A DNA stretch of 64,000 bases, taken from the NCBI GenBank assembly GCA_965228475.1, contig OZ245817.1, forward strand, positions 4,128,001 to 4,192,000, given 5' to 3'. Both the position numbers and the translations under genes were made by a program. Every line of letters begins with the position of its first letter. The first letter of the stretch is position 1. The notes beneath the pieces are model-generated. The model was not told the DNA's origin, did no database searches, and worked only from the letters and a program-made list of their open reading frames with translations. Source of the DNA: Myxococcota bacterium. GTDB lineage: Bacteria; Myxococcota_A; UBA9160; JAFDDA01. This document shows, piece after piece, positions 17,951 to 28,024 of the stretch.

Positions 17951-20900
17951 GTGACGGACGCCCACCGCGGCGGCCCCAAGGCCCCTTCGACCGACACCAT
18001 TCTCGCGGTCCGGTTCGGACGGTTCGAACTCGATGAAGCGACTTACCGGCTGACCGGCGAAGGGCAACCGATCCGGGTCGAGCCGAAGCCGTTGGCCCTG
18101 CTCTTCCACCTGGTCCGCCACCGCGATCGCGTCGTGACGCAGGAAGAGCTCCGCCAGCTGCTCTGGCCCGACGCCATCGTCAGCGGCGACTCGCTCTTCC
18201 ACGTCGTCATGAAGGCAAGGGAAGCGCTGGGCGAACGCGGCAAGAAGGACGGCACCATCCAGACGATCCGCGGCCGCGGCTTCCGCTTCGCGGTCGAGGT
18301 CGAACCCATCGCCGACGCTGCCCGCGCGCCGAGCCATCGCGTCCCGGAACGGCCGAAGGCGATGCGCTCGCTGATCGGACGCGAAGGCGAACTGAAGCGA
18401 CTGCGCGAGATCCAAGCGGCCACGAACGGCGAAACGGGGCGCGTGGTCCTCGTGGAGGGGCCGGCCGGCATCGGCAAGAGCCGGCTCGTCCGGGAGTTCA
18501 TCGAAGGATTGCCGCCGAACTCCTGCGAGATCCACCAAGCGACCGCACCGGAAGCGGGGGGAGCGCCGGCCTACTGGCTTTGGGTCCAGATACTCCGCTC
18601 GTGGCTTCGCAACGCTCGGGAGAATCCCGGCGCTGCAGTCTCGGACATCGAGCGGCTGCTCTCGGAACTCGGCGGTAGCGAGACCTCGGACACCACCGAG
18701 ACCCTGGACTCCGAAACGGCACAGTTTCAACTGATCGACGATCTGGCGCGCTGCCTGCGCGACCATGCGAGGGAACGGCCGCTGCTTCTCGCCTTGGAAG
18801 ATCTCCAGTGGATCGACGCCGGCTCGGCCAAGGCATTGGCGTTTCTCGCGGATACGATCGCCACGGCGCCGATCCTGATCGTCGGCACCTGCCGCGATGT
18901 GGAACTCGGCCCCGATCATCCGCTGGAACCAGCGCGCGTGGAATGGATCCGACGGGATCTGCTCGAAGTGGTTCCGCTCGTGGGCCTCGACCCGGACGAA
19001 ATCACCACACTCGTCGCGGACGTCACCGGCTACGAGGCCGACGATGGCTTCATCGAGGCGCTCTGGTCGCGCACGCAGGGCAACCCGTTCTTCGTCCGGC
19101 AGATCCTTGCCCTGGCCCTGGCGCGGAGCGACCCGACGGAGAAGCTCGACGAGCGCCTGCGGAGCGAGGTCGGAACGATCCCCCACGAAGTTCGGCGCGT
19201 CATCCGCGGCCGGCTCGCGCGGCTCGACGGACCCACCCAGATGGTCCTCTCGTGTGCCGCGGCCTTCGGGCCCGAGTTCGGGCTGGCCGCGCTGGCCCGC
19301 TGCGTCGATCTCGACCGCGCTGCCTTGCTCCGGGCGCTGGAACGCGCCAGTACCGAGCAGATCATCGCACCGCGGGCCACACTCGAGTTGCCCTACTCGT
19401 TCACTCACGGCCTGCTCCAGGAAGTCGCATACGCGGAGCTCGATGCGACGGAACGCGCTCAGGTCCACCACCGAATCGCAGCAGCACTCGAAGAGCTGCA
19501 CGCCGATCATCTCGAGCCGGTCGTTCCTGCCCTCGCCCGTCACTATCTGGAAGCCGCCCCGTTGCTCGAAGGGGATGAAGCCGTGCGCTACGCGAAGTGG
19601 TCGGGCGACCTGGCTCGCGACGGCCGTGCGTACAAGGAGGCGGCCGAGCACTACGGGAGGGCCCTGCGCGCCCTCGACCTGCTTCCGAACCCGTCGACGG
19701 AACGCCGGGCGGAGCTCGCGGTCTTGCGAGGCTTCGCGCTCCAGACGTCCGGCCGGCATGAGGAGGGCCGACAGGTTCTCCACGAAGCGCTAGGGGTCGC
19801 AAGGGATGCGGGCCTGAAGAACTTGATGGTGGCGGCCGCAGTCGGGTTCGCGGAGTACGGGCTCGGGCTCTCCGACCTCGCAGCGGTCGACGCCCTCGAG
19901 CAGGCAAGGGACGCGCTCGAAAAGCCGGAGGGCATGCTTCACGTCTGGGTCTATGCACTGCTGGCGACGAACCTCGGCAACGAACGGGATCGGCTCGACG
20001 AGGCCCACGCGCTCTCGATGGAGGCCGAGGAGATCGCCAACCGGCTCGGCGAACCGGGCGCCCAGAGCCTGGCCCTCTCCAGCCGGGCCGCCGTTCAGCG
20101 GCTGCACCCTGCTGGACAGCCCGCCGAACGTGCGGACGTCGCCGCGCGCGCCGCCGCGCACGCCGCGGAGGCGCGCGACCCGAACGCCGAGCTCATCGCC
20201 CGGATCCAGCGCTTCGGAGCCCTGCTCGAGCAGGGGGACATCAGCGCCGTCGACGCAGAAGGCGTCCAGCTCGACCAGGTACTGCAGAAGCTTCGCTCCC
20301 CCTATTGGGAGTACGTCCGACCTTCCCTTCAGGCCATGCGTGCGCTGCTCGACGGCCACTTCGACGCAGCAGAGCGGCTGGCCCTCGAGGCCTACCAGGG
20401 AACCGAGCACCCGCGCTTGAACCTGGCGGCCGCGCTCGCCGGAATGATCGCCAGCATCCGGCACCAGCAGGGTCGCCTGGAGGAACTCATTCCGGCCTTG
20501 GACGCGATCGTCTCGCAGGATCCGAAGATCCCGGCGCTGCGTACCGCGGCCGTGGGTGCACTCCTCGAGGCCGGGAGGGAGGAGCAGGCGCGCGACGAAC
20601 TCCATCGAATCGCCGCCGATGGTTTCGATTCGATCGTCGGGACCGAGAGCTGGCTGTGCTCCCTCGCGATGCTGGCCGAGGTGGCAGCGCGGGTCGGAGA
20701 CGAACAGCAGATCTGCGCCTCGCTCTTCGAGATTCTCGAACCTCGGTCGGAGCAGTGCATCATCATCGCCAACGGTCACTACTGCCACGGCCCGGTCACG
20801 CTCTACCTCGGAATGCTCGCCACGGCCCTCGAGAGGGGGGCGGAAGCCGAGCAGTACCTCGAGGACGCCCTCGAACGCAGTGAGCGTCTGCGCTCTCCCG

Positions 20901-21046
20901 TCTGGCGAGCGCAGACCCTGGCGGCGACCGCCCGTCTCGGACGGGCGAGTGGCAACCGATCCCTCGGACAAGCGGCGCGAAAGGAGACGCTCGCCATCGC
21001 CAAGGCGCTGGGCATGGCCGCGCTCGTGAGGGAGTTCGCCGGGTGA
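17951..21046 (+). CDS. Large wHTH-STAND-TPR regulator 2
   Basis: Same architecture as 4488-7553; GPAGIGKS, LEDLQWID, GNPFF. Confidence 0.9.
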   Translation: MTDAHRGGPKAPSTDTILAVRFGRFELDEATYRLTGEGQPIRVEPKPLALLFHLVRHRDRVVTQEELRQLLWPDAIVSGDSLFHVVMKAREALGERGKKDGTIQTIRGRGFRFAVEVEPIADAARAPSHRVPERPKAMRSLIGREGELKRLREIQAATNGETGRVVLVEGPAGIGKSRLVREFIEGLPPNSCEIHQATAPEAGGAPAYWLWVQILRSWLRNARENPGAAVSDIERLLSELGGSETSDTTETLDSETAQFQLIDDLARCLRDHARERPLLLALEDLQWIDAGSAKALAFLADTIATAPILIVGTCRDVELGPDHPLEPARVEWIRRDLLEVVPLVGLDPDEITTLVADVTGYEADDGFIEALWSRTQGNPFFVRQILALALARSDPTEKLDERLRSEVGTIPHEVRRVIRGRLARLDGPTQMVLSCAAAFGPEFGLAALARCVDLDRAALLRALERASTEQIIAPRATLELPYSFTHGLLQEVAYAELDATERAQVHHRIAAALEELHADHLEPVVPALARHYLEAAPLLEGDEAVRYAKWSGDLARDGRAYKEAAEHYGRALRALDLLPNPSTERRAELAVLRGFALQTSGRHEEGRQVLHEALGVARDAGLKNLMVAAAVGFAEYGLGLSDLAAVDALEQARDALEKPEGMLHVWVYALLATNLGNERDRLDEAHALSMEAEEIANRLGEPGAQSLALSSRAAVQRLHPAGQPAERADVAARAAAHAAEARDPNAELIARIQRFGALLEQGDISAVDAEGVQLDQVLQKLRSPYWEYVRPSLQAMRALLDGHFDAAERLALEAYQGTEHPRLNLAAALAGMIASIRHQQGRLEELIPALDAIVSQDPKIPALRTAAVGALLEAGREEQARDELHRIAADGFDSIVGTESWLCSLAMLAEVAARVGDEQQICASLFEILEPRSEQCIIIANGHYCHGPVTLYLGMLATALERGAEAEQYLEDALERSERLRSPVWRAQTLAATARLGRASGNRSLGQAARKETLAIAKALGMAALVREFAG

Positions 21047-24000
21047 AAGCCCGGCCCACCCGAGGGTTCGGGCAGGAGAACGACCGCGTGAGCACCGGAC
21101 CGCCCACAGAAGAAGGCCCCTCGCAGCTCCCCGCGCTTCGCTTCGCGGGCTTCGAGCTCGACGAAGCCACCTACCGGCTGACTCGAGGCGGGCACCCGAT
21201 TCGCCTGGAGCCGAAGCCGCTGGCCCTGCTGTTTCATCTGGTCCGCCACCGCGACCGGGTCGTAACGAAAGAGGAGCTCCGGCAGCTGCTCTGGCCCGAC
21301 GCCATCGTCAGCGGCGACTCGCTCTTCCACGTCGTCATGAAGGCAAGAGAAGCGCTCGGCGAACGAGGCAGGAAGGACGGCACGATCCAGACGATCCGCG
21401 GCCGCGGCTTCCGCTTCGCGGCCGAAGTGGAGCTCCTTATCGACGACACCGTTCCAGGCAGCGGCGCCTCGGAGAGGAGCCCTTTGGCGACGCGCTCCCT
21501 GATCGGACGCGGAGCCGAGCTTCAGCGGTTGCGGGAGATTCACGCTGCCACCGGCCAGGGCAGCGGGCGCGTCGCCTTGGTCGAAGGACCGGCCGGCATC
21601 GGCAAGAGTCGACTCGTTCGGGAGTTCGTGGAAGGGTCGTCACCGGCTCTTCGCGAGATTCATCATGCCACCTCGCCGGAATCGGGGGGCGCGCCGGCCT
21701 ATTGGTTGTGGGTGCAGATTCTCCGCTCCCTGCTTCCGGTGGCGCGCGAGAGTTCCTTCGAGGACGCCCCGAGCATCGAGGCCCTGCTCGCCGAACTGAC
21801 GGGCGCTGGCGGACCGGCGCTGGCCGACATGGCGGATGCCGACGAGGCCGAGTTCCGGCTGCTCGACGGCCTGGCGACCTCCCTTCGCGACCACGCCGAG
21901 AAGCAGCCGATCGTCCTCGTTCTCGAAGACCTCCAATGGGTCGATTCGGGATCAGCAAAGGCCTTGGCGTTCCTCTCGGACGCGATCGCGACGGTACCGA
22001 TCCTGATCGTCGGCACTTGCCGCGATGTCGAGCTCGGACCCGATCATCCGCTGGAACGAGCGCGCGTGGAATGGATGCGGCGGGACCTGCTCGAAGCGGT
22101 TCCGCTCGCGGGGCTCGACCCGGACGATGTCACCACGCTCGTCGAGGAGGTCACCGGCTACGAACCCGACGATGGCTTCATCGAATCGCTCTGGACGCGA
22201 ACGCGGGGCAACCCATTCTTCGTCCGCCAGATCCTCGCGCTGGCCCTGGCGCGGACCGACCCCACGGAGGAACTCGGCGCGCGACTGCGGAGCGAGGTCG
22301 GAACGATTCCCCAGGAAGTTCGGCGCGTCATCCGCGACCGCCTCGCGCGGCTCGATGGACCCACCCAGATGGTGCTCTCGCGTGCCGCGGCCTTCGGGGC
22401 GGAGTTCGACCTGGCAGCGCTCGCTCGCTGCGTCGATCTCGACCGCGCTTCCCTGCTGCGAGCCCTGGAGCGCGCCAGTGCCGAACAGATCATCACCCCG
22501 CGGGCCACGCTCGCGAAGCCCTACGCTTTTTCCCATGGCTTGCTTCGGGAAGTCGCGTATGCGGAGCTCGATGCGAGCGAACGCGCGCAGGTGCACCGGC
22601 GGATTGCGGAAGCACTCGAAGAACTCTACGCCGATCGCATCGAATCCATCGTCCCCGCCCTCGCCCGGCACTACGGGGATGCTGCTCCACTCCTCGAGAG
22701 CGATGAAGCGGTGCGATACTCGAAATGGGCGGGCGACCTGGCGCGCGACAGCTGTGCCTACCAGGATGCCGCCGAGGCCTTCGCGCGGGCCATCCGCGCG
22801 CTCGACCTGCTGCCGGACGCAACTGCGGAACGCCGCGCGGAGCTGCTCATCTGTTCGGGGTTCGCGCTCCAGAGCGCCGGGCGCAACGAAGAGGGACGAA
22901 GCCAGCACCGAGCCGCGATGGCCCACGCCCGCAGCGCCGGCAATCCGAAACTCTTTGCGGCCGCCGTCTTGGGGTTGGCCGAGGTGGGTGTCGGCGGAAA
23001 CGACCCGGAACTGCTCGAGCTCTTGGAGTCCCTCGAGGAGGCGCTCGCAGGGCTCGAGGCCGTCGACGAGGACGAAGGCCCGCTTCGGATCTGGCTGCTC
23101 TCCGCGGTCGCCGTGCGCGCCGCACCGCTCGGGCGCCTCGCGCGCGCAAAGGCGGCCTCGCACGAGGCCGCCGAACGGGCCCGGGCTTCGCGAGACCCGA
23201 GCTGGTTGGCGTGGGCCCTGGCCAGCGTCTCCGAGGTTCGCCGGTTCGACCCCGAAACGCTCCCGGAACAGCGCCTTGCACTCTTGGATGAAGCGTCCGA
23301 ACGCGCCGACGACGCGCGCAACACGAACTTCGCGATCGTTGCGTCGGTACAGCGCTACGGCGTCCTGATGGAGCTCGCCCGCCGCCAAGAAGCGGAACGC
23401 GAATGCGAGCGCATGGCGGAGCTCGTCGAGCGGTCGCGATCTTCGTACTGGGGCTACCTCGTTCCGAGCCTGCGGTCGGGCCTCCTGAGCCTCGACGGCG
23501 ATCTCCCCGGCTCCGAGCGGCTGGCGCACGAAGCGTTCGACCGCAGCGACGGTCCGCACCTGCAGCTCGCCTCGGCCCGCGCCGGCAGCCTCGCCATGAT
23601 CCGCTACCAGCAGGGCCGCCTCTCCGAGCTGCTGCCGGCCGTCTCGGCGCTCCGCGCAGGCTCCTCCTTGACGGGCGTGCTCGACTCCGCCGAGATCGCG
23701 GCGTTGATCGAGACCGGAGACGACGCCACCGCGCGCGAGCGGCTCGACGAAGTCGCTGCCGATGACTTCCAGGCCTGCCTCGGCAAGGAGGCGTGGATCC
23801 TCTCCCTCTGCACGATCTCCGAGGCCTGCGAGGATCTCCACGACGAAGCCCGCGCCCGCACGCTGTACGCACTGCTCGAGCCGCGCGCCGACCACGCCGT
23901 CATCGTGGACAACGGCCAGCACGTCCACGGCCCCGTTGCCTTCTTCCTCGGCATCCTGGCCAAGACCTTCGGCGATCTCCCTCTCGCCGAGGAGCGCCTG

Positions 24001-24198
24001 GAACACGCGCTCGACGTCGCGAACCGGCTGCGCTCGCCCGTCTGGCGCGCCCATGCGCTCGGTGCCCGGGCCTCCCTGGCCGTCGCCCACGGCGAACGGG
24101 CGGAGGCCCGGCGGCTGGGCCGCGAGGCGCTCGGCCTGGCCGACCCGATGGGCCTGGCCCGGGTCCTCCGCCGCCTCCGGGCGCTCGAGCTGACCTAG
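21043..24198 (+). CDS. Large wHTH-STAND-TPR regulator 3 (start may be GTG 21088)
   Basis: N-terminal half nearly identical to regulator 2; AGGAG RBS before 21088. Confidence 0.9.
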   Translation: MKARPTRGFGQENDRVSTGPPTEEGPSQLPALRFAGFELDEATYRLTRGGHPIRLEPKPLALLFHLVRHRDRVVTKEELRQLLWPDAIVSGDSLFHVVMKAREALGERGRKDGTIQTIRGRGFRFAAEVELLIDDTVPGSGASERSPLATRSLIGRGAELQRLREIHAATGQGSGRVALVEGPAGIGKSRLVREFVEGSSPALREIHHATSPESGGAPAYWLWVQILRSLLPVARESSFEDAPSIEALLAELTGAGGPALADMADADEAEFRLLDGLATSLRDHAEKQPIVLVLEDLQWVDSGSAKALAFLSDAIATVPILIVGTCRDVELGPDHPLERARVEWMRRDLLEAVPLAGLDPDDVTTLVEEVTGYEPDDGFIESLWTRTRGNPFFVRQILALALARTDPTEELGARLRSEVGTIPQEVRRVIRDRLARLDGPTQMVLSRAAAFGAEFDLAALARCVDLDRASLLRALERASAEQIITPRATLAKPYAFSHGLLREVAYAELDASERAQVHRRIAEALEELYADRIESIVPALARHYGDAAPLLESDEAVRYSKWAGDLARDSCAYQDAAEAFARAIRALDLLPDATAERRAELLICSGFALQSAGRNEEGRSQHRAAMAHARSAGNPKLFAAAVLGLAEVGVGGNDPELLELLESLEEALAGLEAVDEDEGPLRIWLLSAVAVRAAPLGRLARAKAASHEAAERARASRDPSWLAWALASVSEVRRFDPETLPEQRLALLDEASERADDARNTNFAIVASVQRYGVLMELARRQEAERECERMAELVERSRSSYWGYLVPSLRSGLLSLDGDLPGSERLAHEAFDRSDGPHLQLASARAGSLAMIRYQQGRLSELLPAVSALRAGSSLTGVLDSAEIAALIETGDDATARERLDEVAADDFQACLGKEAWILSLCTISEACEDLHDEARARTLYALLEPRADHAVIVDNGQHVHGPVAFFLGILAKTFGDLPLAEERLEHALDVANRLRSPVWRAHALGARASLAVAHGERAEARRLGREALGLADPMGLARVLRRLRALELT

Positions 24199-24399
24199 GA
24201 ACGCCTCCGCCGGACGGATGGCTCGCACCTTCTGACTGAACGCCGGGGCCACGGGAACACGTCGCGGTGTCGTCGGCGGTTCCACACGACGGAAAACCCT
24301 ATTGAAGTCGACCGGTTTCGCCTTCGGTCAAGCACAAGGAAAGGTTCAGCGTCGTTCACCCGGGACCGGGGTTAGAAGTGCTTCCGGGAAGGGCGAAAG

Positions 24400-24774
24400 G
24401 TGTCGCAGAACCAGTCGCAAGATCCGGCGCGCGAGCAGCGCACGAAGCCGAAGCGTGACGATGCGCAGCGCGAGGAGCGCCAGCGGCCGGAAGGCGAATC
24501 CGCCTCCGAGCCCAAGAAGAAGCGCGGATCGCCGGGCATCGACGACGCGGAGATCGAGCGCGCGGCCCGCCGCGCCTGGCGCCGCCTGTTCCCCCTGATC
24601 GCGCTGCTCGCCGGCCCGATGGCCGGCTCAGCCGAGGCGCTCGCCGACGGCGCCGCGCTCGCGATCCGTGCAGTGGCTCCGAACCACGGCCCCATCGCAT
24701 CCACCGTCCTGCCTCCGGGCTTCGACGGAACGGAAAGTGACCTCGCAGCGGACGGTCCGCTCGGGGACGACTAG
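24400..24774 (+). CDS. Small hypothetical protein: charged N-terminus, amphipathic helix, hydrophobic segment
   Basis: ...GIDDAEIERAARRAWRRLFPLIALLAGPMAGSAEALA...; cassette position equivalent to ORF 7630. Confidence 0.55.
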   Translation: MSQNQSQDPAREQRTKPKRDDAQREERQRPEGESASEPKKKRGSPGIDDAEIERAARRAWRRLFPLIALLAGPMAGSAEALADGAALAIRAVAPNHGPIASTVLPPGFDGTESDLAADGPLGDD

Positions 24775-24861
24775 GGACGGCCGGCCCCTCGGTGCCGGTG
24801 GGAGATTGAACTGGGAAGGCTGCCACACCGGCAGCTCGTTCAAAGGGAAGAGGAAGTTGTC

Positions 24862-25587
24862 ATGATTCGAAACATCACGAACTACGTGGCCATGGTGGCC
24901 CTGTTGCTGTTCGCGGCCGGGAATGCCTCGGCAACCGTCATCGCGACCTACGACGGTGGTGACGTCCGCTCGTTCACGGACTCGGCCAGCTTCGTTACCG
25001 GCCCCGCTGGAGGGACGGGGGTCTCTCCGCTGGGCACTCACAGCTTCGCGGAGGTGACCTTCGCCGACAACGCGACCGGCACCATCTACGCGGTCTACGA
25101 GGGCGGCGACGTGCTGAGCTTCGCCTCCATCGCGGACTACGTGGCGGGCCCGGGTACGGGCACGTCGGTTGCGGGCCCGGGAACGCACCTGTTCCTGGAC
25201 CGCGGCGCCTACCAGGACGGCGACGGCACGATCTACGCGACCTACATCGGTGGTGAGGTGCTTTCCTACGCTTCGGTTGCGGACTTCCTGACGGGTCCGG
25301 GCACCGGAACCACGGTTGCGGCGGCCGGCACGCACGCGTTCGGCGAGACGCTGTACCGCGACGACACGACCGGCGAGATCTTCGCCGCGTACGAAGGCGG
25401 CGACGTCTACAGCTTCGCCAGCAGCGCGGACTACATCTCCGGCATCGGAGCCGGGACGCTCGTCGCTCCGGCCGCGACGCACCTGCTGCTCGATCGCGGC
25501 ACGTTCTTCGTGCCGGAGCCGGGCTCGGTGCTCCTGCTCGGCAGCGGGCTGCTGGGTCTCGCGCTGGTGGGCCGCCGCCGCAGCTAG
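24862..25587 (+). CDS. PEP-CTERM protein with four ~49-aa internal repeats
   Basis: Signal peptide ending ASA; repeats TIYAxYEGGDVxSFASxADY...GTH; C-terminal VPEPGSVLLLGSGLLGLALVGRRRS. Confidence 0.93.
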   Translation: MIRNITNYVAMVALLLFAAGNASATVIATYDGGDVRSFTDSASFVTGPAGGTGVSPLGTHSFAEVTFADNATGTIYAVYEGGDVLSFASIADYVAGPGTGTSVAGPGTHLFLDRGAYQDGDGTIYATYIGGEVLSYASVADFLTGPGTGTTVAAAGTHAFGETLYRDDTTGEIFAAYEGGDVYSFASSADYISGIGAGTLVAPAATHLLLDRGTFFVPEPGSVLLLGSGLLGLALVGRRRS

Positions 25588-25620
25588 CGGTGGGTTCACG
25601 CCCGGTCACCGCCGGGCACC

Positions 25621-25661
25621 AGGGCCCACCTCGGTCTCCACCGGGGTGGGCCCTTTCTCTT
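25621..25661 (+). terminator. Intrinsic terminator after PEP-CTERM gene
   Basis: AGGGCCCACC...GGTGGGCCCT stem followed by TTCTCTT. Confidence 0.7.
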
Positions 25662-25694
25662 GGCGCGACCCGCGGTCCGCGCTTCGGAGGGTTC

Positions 25695-28004
25695 ATGGAT
25701 CGTCATCGCCTCCTCTGGGTCAGTCTGGCAGCCCTGGTTTTCTCGGGGACGAGCTGCAAGCCGGCTCCGCTCACGGTCGCCATCACCTCTCCGCAGACGG
25801 GGACCTTCACTCAGGCAGGCTCGATCCTCGTCGCGGGAACCGTCGGGGGCGGCACCGCCGCGGAACTCGCGCTGACGGTCAACGGTGTCGCCGTCCCGGT
25901 CGCTGCGGACAAGACATGGAACGCGTCCGTCCCGCTCGACCCGAGCCGCGTGTTTCAACCGATCCTTGCCGAGGTCCACCACACGGTCTCCGGCAAGACG
26001 AAGCGCGATCGCGTGACCGTCGTCCTGGGCGATTCCGTCGTCGACGGCGGCTTCTCCACAGAGAGCGTGGCGTTGCGGCTCACCGACCGCGGTCTCGACG
26101 CCATGGAGCCCCGGATGGGCGCCCTGGTCGAGTTCGATCTCGCCACGTTGATTCCGGTCGGAACCTTCTTGACGAGCTTCCCGTTCGGCCTTCTCAACTA
26201 TGACGTCTACGTCGCGAGCCCGGCGCCGAGCCTCCAATACTTCCACGTCCATCTCGACGCCCTGAATCAGGCCGCCGAGGTCGAGATCGACATCGACGAC
26301 CTCCTGATCTGGCTCTTCGTGGATGCGCCGGTGATCGATTGCGATGCCTATCTGCTCTCGAGCGACGTCCGGATCTTCGCGGACTTCGCACTCGAGCCGA
26401 ACGCTTCGGATCCCCGGCTCGTCGATGCCACGCAGGTGGGCAGCCTCTCGATCCAGACCTCCGGATTCTGGATCGACTTCACCTCCGGGGATTGCGTCGG
26501 CGCGGACGGCGACTACACGGGCGACGTGGTTCCCGCCCTCATCGCCTTCCTGAGCCAGACGGACGCGGAGGGCAACACCGTGATCGCCGCTGCGATCGAA
26601 GACGCACTCAACGACCTGGCCTTGGCCGAGACGATCGGCACCTCCCTCAGCGTCTCCCTCGACGCGCCGATGTCCGAGATCTCCGAGGACGACGACGGCG
26701 TCACCCTCGGCGCGGACACCGCCTTCACGTCCGTTGCGGGAACCGACCCCGGGGAATGCACGCCGCCGGCCGAGGCGCCGGACCTCTTGGCTTCCTACCA
26801 CGTGGCTGAGCCGTTCCCGACGTTCGCGACCACCACGCCCACGGGCGGTCTCGACTACGACATCGGGATCGGGCTCTCGAGCTCGGCGTTCAATCAACTC
26901 CTGATGGCCCAGGTCGAATGTGGGCTGCTTGCGAGCGACGTGACCGAGATCGATCTCGGTGGCGGCCCCGTCGCGGTGACCGCCGGCGTTCTGGCGCTCT
27001 TCGATCCGGCTTTCGGCACCTACCCGCCGACGACGCCCTTCCGCATCGAACTGCGACCCGCTCTGGCCCCGGTCTTCACCGGGGCACCCGGCCCCTCCGG
27101 CGAGATCCGAGAGATGCGCATCGGTCATCTGCTCGTCCGCGTCGTCGAAGAAGCAACCGGTGCGCTCGCGCTCGCCGGAGCCGTCGATGCCCGCTTCGGC
27201 GTCGACCTGGCGATCGCGGAGACCGAGATCGCCTTCACACCGGCAGTGCCGCTCGCGGGCGACCTTGCGGTGACGGTGCTCGAGAACCCCGTGGGTGCAA
27301 ACGTGGCAACGCTCGAAGCCGCTCTCCCTCTGGTGCTGGCTCCGGTCTTCCCGACGCTGGCCGCCGGCCTCGAAGGCGTTTCGCTGCCCACGTTCCTCGG
27401 ATTTTCACTCGACGGCGTGGAGGTCTCGGACCAGGGCCAGTTCCTGGGCGTCTTCGCGGACTTCGTTTCCGGCGACCGCTACTGGCGCCGCTACGGAAAC
27501 CAGCTCCGAGCCTTCGGGAGTGCCGTGGATGCGGCGGCGAATACCGGGCTCCAGGAGTGGTACGCGGTGGACGGCAGCCATCAGGACTCCATGCTGTTCG
27601 ATGGCGCGCTCTACTGGCGGCGCTACAGCGGCACACTCGAGGGCTACGTGTCGCCTTCGGACTTGGCGACCCGTAGCAATCCGGTCGCGGTCCATCCGGC
27701 AGATGGCAACGACTCCGACGCGATGATGTACGACGGCACCCACTATTGGCGGCGCTACGCCGACCAACTCGAAGGCTATTCCACGGCCGCCGACATGGCG
27801 GCGCGAACGAACCTCCAGATCGTCCACACCGCGACGGGCTTCCCCGACGAATCGCTCCTGCACGACGGGATCGACTATTGGCGGCGTGTCGGGCCGTGGC
27901 TCGAGGCCTACCCGACGGCCGCGGACCTCGCCGCTGGGACCAACCTGCAGATCAGCCTCCCGGCCGTTGGTGCGGCCGAGGATGCCATGATGTTCGGGCC
28001 CTAG
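25695..28004 (+). CDS. Lipoprotein: Ig-like domain + BPI/LBP(TULIP)-like region + four 44-aa C-terminal repeats
   Basis: GGAGG RBS; lipobox GTSC; VALRLTDRGL and IGLSSSAFNQLL resemble BPI/LBP barrel starts; four G-x-x-YWRR repeats. Confidence 0.7.
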   Translation: MDRHRLLWVSLAALVFSGTSCKPAPLTVAITSPQTGTFTQAGSILVAGTVGGGTAAELALTVNGVAVPVAADKTWNASVPLDPSRVFQPILAEVHHTVSGKTKRDRVTVVLGDSVVDGGFSTESVALRLTDRGLDAMEPRMGALVEFDLATLIPVGTFLTSFPFGLLNYDVYVASPAPSLQYFHVHLDALNQAAEVEIDIDDLLIWLFVDAPVIDCDAYLLSSDVRIFADFALEPNASDPRLVDATQVGSLSIQTSGFWIDFTSGDCVGADGDYTGDVVPALIAFLSQTDAEGNTVIAAAIEDALNDLALAETIGTSLSVSLDAPMSEISEDDDGVTLGADTAFTSVAGTDPGECTPPAEAPDLLASYHVAEPFPTFATTTPTGGLDYDIGIGLSSSAFNQLLMAQVECGLLASDVTEIDLGGGPVAVTAGVLALFDPAFGTYPPTTPFRIELRPALAPVFTGAPGPSGEIREMRIGHLLVRVVEEATGALALAGAVDARFGVDLAIAETEIAFTPAVPLAGDLAVTVLENPVGANVATLEAALPLVLAPVFPTLAAGLEGVSLPTFLGFSLDGVEVSDQGQFLGVFADFVSGDRYWRRYGNQLRAFGSAVDAAANTGLQEWYAVDGSHQDSMLFDGALYWRRYSGTLEGYVSPSDLATRSNPVAVHPADGNDSDAMMYDGTHYWRRYADQLEGYSTAADMAARTNLQIVHTATGFPDESLLHDGIDYWRRVGPWLEAYPTAADLAAGTNLQISLPAVGAAEDAMMFGP

Positions 28005-28024
28005 CCCCGAACGGGAGTCTTCCG

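Noticed and set aside
4488..24198. STAND NTPases as Avs-type anti-phage defence
   Set aside because: The N-terminal domains are OmpR-type DNA-binding wHTH rather than nuclease, TIR or protease effectors
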